Shown here in pieces: positions 11,711-39,135 of a stretch of 64,000 nt of DNA (within the stretch, counting starts at the first letter, position 1; every line of letters begins with the position of its first letter). The notes under the pieces were generated by a model that had not been told where the DNA came from, did no database searches, and saw nothing but the letters and a program-made list of their open reading frames with translations. A program made the translations under genes and the position numbers. This stretch comes from Eledone cirrhosa (Eukaryota). The stretch lies in the NCBI GenBank assembly GCA_964016885.1, contig OZ024747.1:9548001-9612000 (forward strand), read 5' to 3'.

Positions 11711-12984
11711 AACAGATACTATATGTATGTATGGTTTTTATTAAAGATATTTTTCTGAAATCTCTGAACTTCTTTCTACACATGGTGCCATGTGATATCT
11801 TAAGACTTAGCAGAACTGTGATTAGTTAAACCCTTAAAAAGTGCAACAGTGAGTCTTATTGTACACACTAACACACAGACTGTTGGGCTGTAGAGTTATG
11901 TCAACTTAAGTCACTATACTACAGTGATCACACTGAAAAACTTCCTATATGGCACACTGTAAAATTGCAACAATTTACAACGAAGCAGTGTAGGTTTGTG
12001 ATGAGAAACAGTGTGTATACAATTGTGATTATTTACTGCAAACGTACAGACTGGTTGACATAGAAACAATCCATGAGGTGGGTGACAGGCAGATGAAATA
12101 TAGAACAGATTGAAAGAGGAGGAAGACAAGGAGAAGTGTGTTGGCCATAGAAGTGACTGGAAGAAAGGTGATGTATAAAACAGGTTCATACAAACATCTT
12201 CACTCTCATCAGTTCTCAAACTAGCAAAGAGATGTCGCATCGAGCAGTGTTTTTTCATTATAAATAAAGAAGAGAAAACACAATAAAAGAATCTGTCCAG
12301 TCTGTTTAGTAGTTTATATACTAATAAATAGAGAAACCAAACAAGATTCATTGTACAAAATCATTTATTTGTCTTTAATCCTGGTTTTCTCAGCTACACA
12401 CATGTCTGTGTGTAAGAAACTTGTTGGTGGCTTAGTTTGTTGTTTAGTTCCAGATCAACCTTCATTGAGCAAACCTAGGATCAAAACTTTTCCAACCATG
12501 ACCATCACCATCAGATATTTTAAGGTATCATATATACTTGTTTATAATCCACATGCCAACATTTTATGCCTGAGAAATAAGCAAGAATCGAAACCTTGTG
12601 TATAAGCCATGGCAGGTAATCAACAAATTGTTCAGTGGAGAATATGAAGTTTTAATATTTTGATATCTAAAATGTTTAGAGTGTAGTTTTTATTTTACAA
12701 CTCCATTACATGATTTGTTTTACCAATTTCCGACCATTTTGAAGGCCATATTCATTCAAAACATCAAAAAACAATAAGATAGTGATTTCACTTCCAAATA
12801 TAAGCTCGACCCCCGCCCCCTCTCTCCATTTTATCACCGATCCTTTTGGTAAGATTACACTAATCTATACACCCCTCTTCCTTGTTTTATGTAGTGAGGG
12901 TTTGATTTGAAGGAGATTTAGTCACTATTTCTAGTCAAGCAATGTAGTTACTGTTACAGATCACTTGAGAAATCAGTTGATCTG

Positions 12985-14215
12985 TGACCTGACACCACCA
13001 CCATCATGTGGTGTTAGTGGCCTGACACCACCACCATCATGTGGTGTTAGTGACCTGACACCACCACCATCATGTGGTGTTAGTGGCCAACACCACCACC
13101 ATCATGTGGTGTTAGTGACCTGACACCACCACCATCATGTGGTGTTAGTGACCTGACACCACCTCCATCATGTGGTGTTAGTGGCCTGACACCACCTCCA
13201 TCATGTGGTGTTAGTGACCTGACACCACCACCATCATGTGGTGTTAGTGGCCTGACACCACCACCATCATGTGGTGTTAGTGGCCTGACACCACCACCAT
13301 CATGTGGTGTTAGTGGCCTGACACCACCACCATCATGTGGTGTTAGTGGCCTGACACCACCTCCATCATGTGGTGTTAGTGACCTGACACCACCTCCATC
13401 ATGTGGTGTTAGTGACCTGACACCACCTCCATCATGTGGTGTTAGTGACCTGACACCACCACCATCATGTGGTGTTAGTGGCCTGACACCACCTCCATCA
13501 TGTGGTGTTAGTGGCCTGACACCACCACCATCATGTGGTGTTAGTGGCCTGACACCACCGCCATCATGTGGTGTTAGTGGCCTGACACCACCTCCATCAT
13601 GTGGTGTTAGTGGCCTGACACCACCACCATCATGTGGCGTTAGTGGCCTGACACCACCACCATCATGTGGTGTTAGTGGCCTGACACCACCACCATCATG
13701 TGGTGTTAGTGGCCTGACACCACCTCCATCATGTGGTGTTAGTGACCTGACACCACCTCCATCATGTGGTGTTAGTGACCTGACACCACCTCCATCATGT
13801 GGTGTTAGTGGCCTGACACCACCTCCATCATGTGGTGTTAGTGACCTGACATCACCACCATCATGTGGTGTTAGGGGCCAACACCACCACCATCGTGTGG
13901 TGTTAGGGGCCAACACCACCACCATCGTGTGGTGTTAGGGGCCAACACCACCACCATCGTGTGGTGTTAGGGGCCAACACCACCACCATCGTGTGGTGTT
14001 AGGGGCCAACACCACCACCATCGTGTGGTGTTAGGGGCCAACACCACCACCATCGTGTGGTGTTAGGGGCCAACACCACCACCATCGTGTGGTGTTAGGG
14101 GCCAACACCACCACCATCGTGTGGTGTTAGGGGCCAACACCACCACCATCGTGTGGTGTTAGGGGCCAACACCACCACCATCGTGTGGTGTTAGTCACCT
14201 GACACCACCACCGCC
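12985..14215. repeat. 33-bp minisatellite with a 32-bp variant block at its right end, ~37 copies
   Basis: g[a/g]cctgacaccaccaccatcatgtggtgttagt; variant ggccaacaccaccaccatcgtgtggtgttagg from ~13875. Confidence 0.95.
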
Positions 14216-14655
14216 AACACTCAGTCTACTAAGCTGTAAGTAAGAGCCACAGTGTGGTATTTATAGTTGACTAAAGCAAACAACAGTAGTTAGTAGTAGT
14301 ACTGTGTATTAGTGATGTGGTGTGTTTCATTAGTGTCCAGTGAGTATAGTTTAGAAAGGGATTGGCTTTGCTATGCTCACTGGACCCTGATACATCCATT
14401 GAAGAAGACAGTCTCCAGTGGTTCTTCCTGCAACCCCCTGGCTTATGTCTAGATGAATATACATACATACTTTTATATATATATATATATCTCATTGTCG
14501 TCTTAACATCCACGTCCCCTGCTAACAAGGGTTGGACGGGTCCATATTGACCAAGTCAGTAATGAAGTGGAGCCGCTGATCTCCCAAGCAGGCCAGGGAC
14601 CTGTGCACTTATGTACAGTCTCACGTTCCATGAGTGCTCAGGAGACATTGTCATG

Positions 14656-14707
<52 letters not shown>

Positions 14708-15812
14708 GACACACTTATATACTACAAATCTGTTTGCCTTGTGAAACAAGATAGATGTGTGAAGAACAGGCCTGGACAAGTTATTAAGAACCTGGATTGT
14801 TAAGGCACCAGAATTCTTTTTAAAAAGAATGTGATGTGGCCGAAAGCACCACAAAGTTGAGTACACCAACTTGGTTTACTATTAGACAAGATGTCAACGC
14901 TTGACCTATTAGAAACAGCAGCTAAATCTCCATGAAATCACATCATTATAAAAGGAAAAACAGATTAGATAATGTCACCTTGAATGTACTATCTGAGAAT
15001 AAAATGTTGAGATGGTCATGGTTGGAATGTATTTCATCATATGTATGTTCAACCTGGACCTAAATAACATCTAGAGAATGAGGATTTAAACCCTGAGTTC
15101 TGCCAACTGGTCTACTTCTTCAGTAGACTTGCTACATACAATAGACTAATACTTTAGAAGTACAACACTCAGTTCCCTCTGTGAATTACAGGTACATATT
15201 TTGAATCACATTTACAATCTGCCAGGTTTTTTCTAGTTTATGTCTCCAATTTTACTCACAAGGCTTTGGTAGAAGATACTTGCCCAAGCTGCCACATCAA
15301 TGGGATCAAACCGAAGCTCTTATAATTACAAAGCACACTTCTTAACCATTTAGCCATCTTACTGTGTACATGCACCATAAAATAATTTGGAAGGGTGCAT
15401 GACTTGTGGGTACAAAAGTTATCAAAGGCAGACATTTGTCATGTTAAAACGAACCATACAATCAATGAAGCAATGTATTCAAGACAGTCAAACACAACTG
15501 GTATTCCATACTTTATGGAAAGAATGAAAGTACAATAACAGCCACGTTTTCTAACACAACTGGTGTTCCATACTTTAAAATAAAATAAAAACCAAGCTTT
15601 CTAACATAGCTGGTGTTCCATACTTTACAGAAAAAAAGTAAACAGGGTAGAAGGCACCAATAAAAGTGTAAATCTTTATTGTGACGAGTTGTAAATAGAA
15701 TTTCTTGTGTTCGAGTCCACCACCCACCCCTACACCTTAAAAAACAAACAATATCAAACAAAAAATAATACTAAAAACATACACAAAAACAAAACTATCC
15801 TTAAATGTTTCA

Positions 15813-29224
<13,412 letters not shown>

Positions 29225-29967
29225 CTGGAATTTAAAATATTTTCGTTAGAATTGAATGAATTTTTTTATTCAACAACATATAAAACATTAACTGCCTTAT
29301 TTATTTATTTAGGGGATTTTACAATTTTTATTTTGTTGATAGAAACAGTAGAATAATTAGATATTAAGGGATTTAGTTTTAACTCCCACTATTTTTTGAT
29401 ACGAGGATCAACTTTCCTGGCATCAAGTAAGTATCAAAAATATCAACTTTTTAATTTCTGGAATCAGGCATAATGAAGATCAACTATTTCCTTGAGATCA
29501 AGTATCTACCTTCGGAGATTAAATTTAATGAGGATTAACTATTTCCTGAGATCAAGTTTCACATCGAGGATTAACTCTCTCTCCTCTAAGATCAAGTTTC
29601 ATCGAGGATCAACTATTTTCTGAGATCAAATACCATGTACCAAGGTTGATATAATCAACTTTCCCCTTCATTTCACTTCAAATTGCTGGCCTTGTGCTTA
29701 AATTAGAAATTCTTGAAAATCATTGACATACAGTATCATATAGATGAGCATTGATGCAACTGTCCATGGTCCTCAACCTTCAGCTGAGGATGGCAAGAGA
29801 TCAGTATTTTACTGGCACTTTATCAACCCTACAAGGATGAAAGTAGTATATGAACTCAGAATGTAAAGGGTCAGAGAAATGGCACAAAGAATTTTGTCCA
29901 ACACTCTAATGATTCTGTCGATCCAGCACCTTCTATGATTTCTAATTTAGGCATAAAGCCAGCAATT

Positions 29968-30722
29968 TGGATACTTTATTTTATCGACCTAAGAAGGGAT
30001 ACTTTATTTTATCAACTCCAGGAAGGGTACTTTATTTTATCGTCCCCAGAAGGGGTACTTTATTTTATCAACTCCAGGAAGGGTACTTTATTTTATCGTC
30101 CCCAGAAGGGATACTTTATTTTATCAACTCCAGGAAGGGTACTTTATTTTATCGTCCCCAGAAGGGGTACTTTATTTTATCAACTCCAGGAAGGGTACTT
30201 TATTTTATCGTCCCCAGAAGGGGTACTTTATTTTATCAACTCCAGGAAGGGTACTTTATTTTATCGTCCCCAGAAGGGGTACTTTATTTTATCAACTCCA
30301 GGAAGGGTACTTTATTTTATCGTCCCCAGAAGGGGTACTTTATTTTATCAACTCCAGGAAGGGTACTTTATTTTATCGTCCCCAGAAGGGGTACTTTATT
30401 TTATCGTCCCCAGAAAGGGTACTTTATTTTATCGACCTCAGGAGGAGTACTTTATTTTATCGTCCCCAGAAGGGGTACTTTATTTTATCGACCTCAGGAG
30501 GAGTACTTTATTTTATCGACCCCAGAAGGCGTACTTTATTTTATCGACCTCAGGAGGAGTACTTTATTTTATCGACCTCAGGAGGAGTACTTTATTTTAT
30601 CGACCTCAGGAGGAGTACTTTATTTTATCGACCTCAGGAGGAGTACTTTATTTTATCGACCCCAGAAGGGGTACTATATTTTATCAACTCCAGAAAGGGT
30701 ACTTTATTTTATCGACTCCAGA
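29968..30722. repeat. 29/30-bp minisatellite derived from the SINE A core
   Basis: gtactttattttatc[gac/aac/gtc]... is the reverse-strand SINE A core; SINE tail precedes the array. Confidence 0.92.
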
Positions 30723-31061
30723 ACATACACTGCTTAACATTTGTCCAATGCTCTAACATTTGTCCAATCCACTGACGTTCCTTCTAAATAAACACAAAGA
30801 CAAGATATAAAAACCAACAGAGAAGTCATATCTTGTATCTACCGTATGCTTTCTAGTTAAGAGTTTCATCATCATCATCATCATCATCATTTTACGTCCA
30901 CTTTTCCCTGCTTGCAAGTTTAGTTGTAATAAATATAATTAGCAATTATTTTAGGCAACAAACCTTTTATGCACTCATTAATTTCTTTGGTGGGATGGTT
31001 GCAAAACATGTGTAACTGTTATTAGCTGTAAATAGGTGCATAACATGCATAAATGCACATA

Positions 31062-31271
31062 TTAACCCTTTAGCATTTAAACCGGCTGTATCCAGTCAGA
31101 ATTCTCTCACCTCTTTCTGTTCAAACTGGCTGTAACTGTCCTCTCATACCAATGTTAAGGTATTGTTCTCAAAATAAACAACATCAAAATCTCATAGATT
31201 CAATATTATGTGAGATAATTATGTAAGATAAAGCCTTTACCATGAAAATACCATAATATATATAGAGTAAT
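31062..31271 (+). mobile_element. Left end of a piggyBac-like non-autonomous element (TTAA-CCCTTTAGCA...); second copy at 32330-32535
   Basis: Two similar ~205-bp copies, both starting exactly at TTAA|CCC; no right TIR seen. Confidence 0.55.
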
Positions 31272-31517
31272 GTAAATGATAAAGGTTGAATTACACATTG
31301 TGTGCATATGCATAACTGATATAAAGATATGTTCACACACATACACATGAATGTATGTATATATACATACACACCCATATACATGTGTGTATATATACAT
31401 ACATATATTTATACACACGTACAGTCAATTGCTTAATCAACCAATGCTTTTTACTTGGAATAATTTTATGTATCATCATCATCATCATCATCATAATGTG
31501 GTCATATAGGAGACACG

Positions 31518-31707
31518 GTAAAAAAGCTCCCAGTCCACACTGTAAATGTGGTTAGTGTTAGGAAGGGCATCCAGCTGTAGAAAACCTGCCAGATACAGTC
31601 CTATACAAGCGAGACACGGTCACCTGATCAATTTTGCCTCAAGTGGGACAATTCCTGTCTAACCCATGCTAGCGTGGAAGATAGACATTAAACGATGATG
31701 ATGATGA
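31518..31707 (+). mobile_element. SINE-like family C 3' part with (gat)n tail (related copies at ~32115-32330 +, 35805-35965 -, 46735-46970 +, 59410-59835)
   Basis: aaaagc.cccagtccacactgtaaa.tggtt...aggaagggcatccagctgtagaaac...ctaacccatgctagc.tggaa...gatgatgat recurs across the window. Confidence 0.7.
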
Positions 31708-32535
31708 TATATATATACATATATATATATATGCATATATATATATCTATCATCATCATCATCATCATCATCACCATTAACGTCTAATTTTCCATGCTCA
31801 AATGGGTCAGATGTGTTGTCCACGCTATTTGGCAGCGCCGTACCTTGCTCAAACAAGACTGATTTTGGCCAGATGTTTTCCGGCTGGATGCCCTTCTTAA
31901 AACCACATTGTCTCTATGAAGAGTTAAAAGCTAATACAATAGAAAATATAAAACAAGTGCAAATGGAAGAATTTGTTTAGATTCTTATCCAACTCTAAAT
32001 ATTGAATCAATATTTTATTCTATGGCTTGGATTACTTTGTAAAATAAGGTTCATGGAGGGGTTACAATGATACAAATGCTAATGGGACTTTTGAGATGGA
32101 CATGTGGTGCTGCATGATAAAAAGCACCTGGTCCACCCTGTAAGGTGGTCATGCCAGACCTACATGATAAAAAGCACACAGTCCACACAGTAACGTGGTT
32201 GGTGTTAGGAAAGGGCATCCAACTGTAGAAACCAAGCCAAAATACAGATCTGTATGAGCAAGACATGGTCTCCAGGCCTGACTTGTCTCATAACTTGACA
32301 ACCCATCTGCAAACATGGAAAGATAGATGTTAACCCTTTAGCATTTAAACCGACTGTATCCGGCCAGAATTCTCCCCCTCTTTCTGTTCAAACCGGCTGT
32401 AATCTGCCACTCATACTGATGTTAAGGTATTTTTTTTAAAATAAATATCAAAATCTCATAGATTTGATATTATGTGAGATAATTATGTGAGGTAAAGCCT
32501 TTACCATGAAAATAGAATAGTATATATAGAGTAAT

Positions 32536-32712
32536 TGTTTCTACGTTAGGCACAAGGCCAGCAAATACCCAGTGCATTACTGGTACTTTATTTTATCGAC
32601 CCTGTAAGGATGAAAGGCAAAGTCAACCTCGGCGGGATTTGAACTCAGATCGTAAAGGGACGTAACTATGCTGGAAAGCATTGCATCCGACCCTTTACCG
32701 ATACTGCCAATC
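32536..32712 (-). mobile_element. SINE family A with 15-bp TSD tatatatagagtaat
   Basis: TSD at 32521-32535 and 32713-32727. Confidence 0.9.
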
Positions 32713-33094
32713 TATATATAGAGTAATGATGATGAGTGTTATGTTCCAAAGGTCATTTGAACATTTTGTTGGAAGTAATGTTAATAATGTTGTTGTTTAT
32801 CAAAATGCTAAATATATTGGTGTTACAACTGTTGAAAATCTACATCTCAAGGTAGATACCATCCACACCTCCCCATCATACTTCTCTGTTGCTAAACATT
32901 AATATATTCCTTCCCACCATGACACATGTTCCAATTGCTCCTCAATCTGCTGCCAACAATCAGCTCATAACTACCTGTACACCCTCCCTACCTATTACTC
33001 TGCTTCCTCCTTCATAACTCTCACTATCCCTCCCAAGAGTCTTACCTATCGTTTATTCCTCCCACTATCACACTCCTTGGGTACTGTCCAGCAC

Positions 33095-33450
33095 TAGCTC
33101 GGAGATCACTGGAGGTAGAACCACTACTTCTCTGCTTTGAGGGACTACAACAATATTATCAATATTATGGACATGGCGTTAGAATGATGAAGGAAAGAAT
33201 CACTGGACAGATTTTCTGGGTAAAGCCAACTGGCAGGAGACCCAGGAGTAGACACCCAAGCAAGATGGTTGGGTGACATCCATGAGCTTGACTGGTCTCG
33301 CTTGGAGATACAGCCGGATTAGATGGAGACGGTTCTTCCTATAAAACTTGCTGGTAGGAGTGTTTGAGGACTCCCCCCCCCCCCAGCCAAGGAGAAGGAA
33401 GGGGAACTCTGCCCTCTCGACCAGCCGAGGCGGAGAAGAAGAAGGAGAAG
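33095..33450 (+). mobile_element. RTE-clade LINE 3' fragment
   Basis: Degenerate YYGHGVRMMKERITGQIFWVKPTGRRPR, (gaa)n tail; same family as 53406-54160. Confidence 0.75.
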
Positions 33451-35685
33451 GAAAACAGCAGGTCATGGACCGAAGACACCAGAGTTCTCGATGATAATGA
33501 CTTGCACGAAAATGAATCAGTCAAACCCCGGTGTTTAACTATCTTCCTCTCCCCCCGTGTTAAGGGGGGAGGGTGTGCCCGTAAACAGGAAACAACACAG
33601 CTGAGATTCTTAAAGATGTTAATAAACAATGACACATTATTTTGAAAGGCATTCTAGATATTAATTCAGTATTGATCTGACAGCTGATACAGAAGCAGCC
33701 ACAGTCAGTGGTGATTAGACGTAATTCTGGTATAATGAAAGTACGGACATGTGATGTCATTCTTATACAAATATTATTACATATATACGTCTTGTGTGCT
33801 TTTAAAGTGCTTGGATCTATTTAAGGTGGCTATTACTTTGATAAAACCACTGAGTGTAAAGGACTACGTTGATTGTATTTAGATAAACATTGTAAGACAC
33901 GTCTATATTTAAACAGTATCAAACATTATTTGCAATCAGAATTGAGAATTGTCATAACTAAACAAAACATGCTTTACACACTTTTGTATTGTTATTGTGG
34001 ACAATAAAGAAATCGTTATTATTAGTAGTTTCATTACTTTAGTCAGTTTTCTAATTGAGAAAACGTATTTTTGTGAACAGATGTAAATATGGGACGTGGG
34101 TGGGTGTTATTATTATATGTACAAAGATATTGAATTTTCGTACAATACCAATCAAGTACTGGGGTCGATTTCCCACATAAATTATTGGCCATGTGCCAAA
34201 ATTAGAAGCTATTATCTATCTAAGATACATCAACATAAGTCTGTATAGCAGAGATAATTGTTTCTACTTTAACAGAGATAATGTGACCTTATCAGGGTCG
34301 GACTTTCACCTGATGGGGCCCTAAGCTATCTGAAATGTGTGGCCCTTTAAAACACTTCGAGTAAAAAAGTTTCAAATAATTATACATGATTATTATTTCT
34401 TAAATTAATGTTAAGAATAAAGAATATATATATATAATTTTTTTAATGATTTTTGTGTTAAAGAATAAAAACTAATGATAAAGAAAAATATGTTTTAAAG
34501 ATTGAGACCCCCCGATGAGATGTAACCCTAAGCTATAAATCTAGCTTTCACCTAATATATTATTTTTTGCTAACGTTTCTTTGACTGTTGGGCGTTTACG
34601 AGTCCCGGGTCACATGTCCTAGTTTTTTCTCTCCCTCTCCAGTGTGTCTGCTTGTAACTCCGATTCATGTTTTCAATTCTCTACTACGAGCCTTAAGAAA
34701 GACATACTTCCCATGTCTGTGTTCCTCCGTCAATTCTATATTTGAATAGCAACGGAGAACTTTAAAATATCTTATTTAGTAACGGTTCTTATCTGTGTAG
34801 TGTGTGATTTTGCTATTTGCTAACAAGGACGGAGAGGTTACATTCCTTGTTGCACTTTAACACGAAGCAGCCTTGCGATGTATAGCTACATAAATGAAAT
34901 AAATCTTATGTAGGTATTTCCGATTGAGAGTATTTCCGGAAGGTGTGTGTAATGTGTAGGCTGAAATTACAGGAATACATGTAGTTGTTATAAATTGCAT
35001 GTATTAGACGTTACATCACTGCTAGTTAAAACATGTGTCCGTATGTCCAGTGTGTGTATCTGTCCTGTTTGTGTGTATGTATGTGTGTCCAGTGTGTGTG
35101 TGTGTCTAATGTGTGTCCAGTGTGTGTATCTGTCCTGTTTGTGTGTATGTATGTGTGTCCAGTGTGTGTGTGTGTCTAATGTGTGTCCAGTGTGTGTATC
35201 TGTCCTGTTTGTGTGTATGTATGTGTGTCCAGTGTGTGTGTGTCTAATATGTGTCCAGTGTGTGTATCTGTCCTGTTTGTGTGTCTAATGTGTGTATATG
35301 TCCTGTTTGTGTGTCTAATGTGTGTATCTGTCCTGTTTGTGTGTCTAATGTGTGTATCTGTCCTGTTTGTGTGTCTAATGTGTGTATCTGTCCTGTTTGT
35401 GTGTCTAATGTGTGTATCTGTCCTGTTTGTGTGTCTAATGTGTGTATCTGTCCTGTTTGTGTGTATCTGTCCTGTTTGTGTGTTCTCTGTTTGTGTAAGT
35501 GTGTCTGTCCTGTGTGTGTGTGTCCTCAGTTTGTCTGTCTAGTGTGTATGTCCTGTCAGTGAAATCGTGACAGCCCAGGCACAAGGCACCACATGTTCTA
35601 TTTGTCATGACTAAGACATGCTCAGCAAAAAAGGAAAGAAAACACCGACTCTTGCTAAAAGAATTCAAATTAAAAGATATATATA

Positions 35686-35764
35686 CAGGGTGTCCCAAAA
35701 AATGTATACACACTTTTATTAGAATGCCGTTGAAATGTGTATGTATTTTTGGGGGGACACGCTG
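35686..35764. mobile_element. 79-bp Tc1/mariner-type MITE
   Basis: TA|CAGGGTGTCCCAAAAAATGTATACAC ... GTGTATGTATTTTTGGGGGGACACGCTG|TA, imperfect TIRs with TA TSD. Confidence 0.75.
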
Positions 35765-35974
35765 TATACACACACACACAACACACACACACATATATGT
35801 ATATCATCATTCTTCCATGCTAGCATGGGTTAGACGGGTTGTCCTGTTGTGGGCAGTGTCCGGTTGGCTGACCTTGTCTTGCTCATACGGGAACTGATTT
35901 TGGCTTGATTTCTACAGCTGGATGCCCTTCCTAACACCAACCTCATTTACAGTGAGTGCTGGGTGCTTTTTTTC

Positions 35975-36040
<66 letters not shown>

Positions 36041-36675
36041 TACATACATATATGTATATAAACACACACATTTATTTGTATATACGCTACAATTTATGTA
36101 CATGTTATGTTTATTGCATATCGAAGTTTTTTTTTATATCTTGGTTAATATTTGATAATAACAGCTAAACTAATCACTACAACTAAATTGACCAAATCCC
36201 CCCCAATTCAGAAATGCTTCCACCTCCATTTACCATTGAGGTCCGCGAGGATAACTTCTTAAAACAATAATAGAAATTAATAGATTTTAAAAAGGTGTCC
36301 TTTTATTTTTGAGTTTAACCAATGTTTACACGGTCATCAGGCGAAATTGAAGGGTAACAGGACATTGACTTGACCTTAGTAAAACTAATACACTTCCTCT
36401 CTCTCTCTCAATATATATATATAGAGAGATATATATATATATATAGATATATATCGTTTATTATAGAAATGGCTTCTACAGGACTAGAACTGTTTCATTC
36501 AAAAGAAATCATCAGGCTTTCCTGACGATTTCTTTAGAATGAAACAGTTCTAATCCTGTAGAAGCCATTTCTATATTAAACATGATGTTTACACTCTACT
36601 AATGTATTGAGTACCTTACTGTGGTTACTCCCGACTGGACCCGAGACTCGCACACATATATATATATATACTTAA

Positions 36676-36723
<48 letters not shown>

Positions 36724-37164
36724 CATGAGAGAGAGAGAAATTGCGATGTTGTTATTGCTCCAGTTATATTCAACGTCTACACGTTTGCTTTTGTGTTCTT
36801 TTAGATATTTTTATAAACTTTAATAGATATTACATCATCCTTCATAGTGAAAACATGTGTGTGTATGTCAGTCCTGTTTGTATGCATTGGTTGTATGTGT
36901 GTGCGTGTGTGTATCTGGCCTGTTTGTATGTGTGTATGTCAGTCCTGTTTGTATGCATTGGTTGTATGTGTGTGTGTGTGTGTGTATCTGGCCTGTTTGT
37001 ATGTGTGTATGTCAGTCTTGTTTGTATGCATTGGTTGTATGTGTGTGTGTATCTGTCCTGTGTGTATGTCAGTCCTGTTTGTATGTGTGTGCGTGTGCAT
37101 GTCTTGATCTTGTGTGTGCACTGTTTGTCAGTGAAATCAAGTCAAACCAGGTGCCACAGGTTAC

Positions 37165-37560
37165 CATGTGTTATGGTATATCAACAAACCAGGTCCCACA
37201 CCTACTCCATGTTATGGTATATCAACAAACCAGGTCCCACACCTACTCCATGTTATGGTATATCAACAAACCAGGTCCCACACCTACTCCATGTTATGGT
37301 ATATCAACAAACCAGGTCCCACATCTACTCCATGTTATGGTATATCAACAAACCAGGTCCCACATCTACTCCATGTGTTATGGTATATCAACAAACCAGG
37401 TCCCACATCTACTCCATGTGTTATGGTATATCAACAAACCAGGTCCCACATCTACTCCATGTGTTATGGCATATCAACAAACCAGGTCCCACATCTACTC
37501 CATGTGTTATGGCATATCAACAAACCAGGTCCCACATCTACTCCATGTGTTATGGTATAT
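37165..37560. repeat. 41/43-bp minisatellite, ~9 copies
   Basis: atgttatggtatatcaacaaaccaggtcccaca[c/t]ctactcc. Confidence 0.93.
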
Positions 37561-38288
37561 TAACCAGTAATTGAAAGCATGTACATATTATAACCTGATA
37601 AATGAAGTTGAAAGAAAAAACATTATTAAATTTTGTTTTGTCGGAGCAATGCAAGATTGTCAATCTCCCCCTTTTTCCTGAAAGCGAAGTTTGTTTAAAA
37701 AGCAACATAGAACTAGGAAGATAATAAAATATATTGTTGTTTAGCCTTCATCGACCTGACCTCTATAGTAAAAGGTGTTCTATTGTTGATAATCGTGTCT
37801 TTATTGTGGAACAGTGTATCTAGGACTACATTATTCAACGTGTCATTCCTTTAGTTAGATGGTAAAATGATATGAGCTGTGACCTCACAGAGGCTTTTTT
37901 CGTCAGCTTGTAAATAATTTATATCGTTTGCTTACAGATGCACTTTATCTCGGATTTATAAGGACATAGATAAATGAGAAATGTTGCTCTTGTTTTTCCC
38001 AACTGCTGGCAGTAAAAAGGGTTTCAGATGCAAATTGAATCAAGTCAGAGATCTGTTTTGTTATCGATAATAATATACTTTAAGATTTGCTTATATAACA
38101 GAGAAATGCACAAAAGATTTTTGTTTACGTAAACGAATCGTTGATTTTTTTTGTTTATGTAAACGAATCGTTGAAATTTTGATTTTTAAGCCTTTAACCA
38201 AAAACTTGCTAAAAACTTTAAAATAAACAGTCTCACTCTCTCTCTAAATAGCCCCCTTTCTCTTCGATGTGTTTAATTTGACACTTAC

Positions 38289-38720
38289 CTTTTAGTTTTT
38301 CTGTTAAGTACGTGAAACTCCTTGTGTGAAAGAATGGAGAGAAAGAACGGGAATTAAGAAAGCAATGTGTACGAATGTGTTACGGCGCGCTACAAATATA
38401 GCTTTTGTTATCGTTCTTCTTATATTTAAGGTAAAATATATATAAAAAAGAAACTATTCAGTAAAAAAAAAAAAGAAATAGTGATTAATAGAGGAAGACA
38501 GAATGAAACAGAGGTGTGTATTTATGTGTACATTACGACCTGGTTTCGATATATCTGACATAAAACCGGTGCTCGTTGGCGTGTTTTTAAATACACATCT
38601 CTGATTGGCTACACCGATTACACCTCGTTACTCTACACTTGTTAAAACATATTCGTTGGTTCAACACAGCATACCTTCCCCTTACATCAGCGTTTTACAT
38701 CTTCGGCCCTAATATATACG
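38289..38720 (-). promoter_or_regulatory. Candidate sideroflexin non-coding first exon and promoter
   Basis: The start ATG sits at an acceptor, so an upstream exon is required. Strong minus-strand donor AAG|GTAAGT at 38289/38288; unique, locally CpG-retaining sequence; CCAAT box on minus (ctgattggct, 38601-38610). TSS not determinable. Confidence 0.5.
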
Positions 38721-38803
38721 TTTTTGTTGTGTATGTGTGTGTGTGTTTTTAATCCTATTTTATATTATTTTGCATTTGTAAAAAAAAAAAACAATAATAA
38801 AAA

Positions 38804-38988
38804 TAACTGTTTCTACTTTAGGCACAAGGCCAGCAATCACCCAGTGCATTACTGGTACTTTATTTTATCGACCCCGTAAGGATGAAAGGCAAAGTCAACC
38901 TCGGCGGGATTTGAACTCAGATCATAAAGGGACGTAACTATGCTGGAAAGCATGGCGTCCGACCCTCTACCGATACTGCCAATCCACC
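38804..38988 (-). mobile_element. SINE family A with ~14-bp TSD aacaataataaaaa
   Basis: TSD at 38790-38803 and 38989-39002. Confidence 0.88.
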
Positions 38989-39135
38989 AACAATAATAAA
39001 AAAAACGTCGTTTCTTCTAGGCTTCCAGCTGGTCAAACACTTGTTCATAGCATTTCAGATAAAGAGATTGGCGCTAGGATTTATTGGCAATTTATCGTTG
39101 ATATATATTTATAAGAATAAGGATTTAAATTAAAT

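Noticed and set aside
13080-13925. 281-aa PHDGGGVR repeat protein
   Set aside because: Translation of the 33-bp intergenic minisatellite.
34292-34560. Possible MITE remnant (cagggtcggac...ggggccctaagcta), with a similar piece at ~43620
   Set aside because: Too decayed to define both termini or a TSD.
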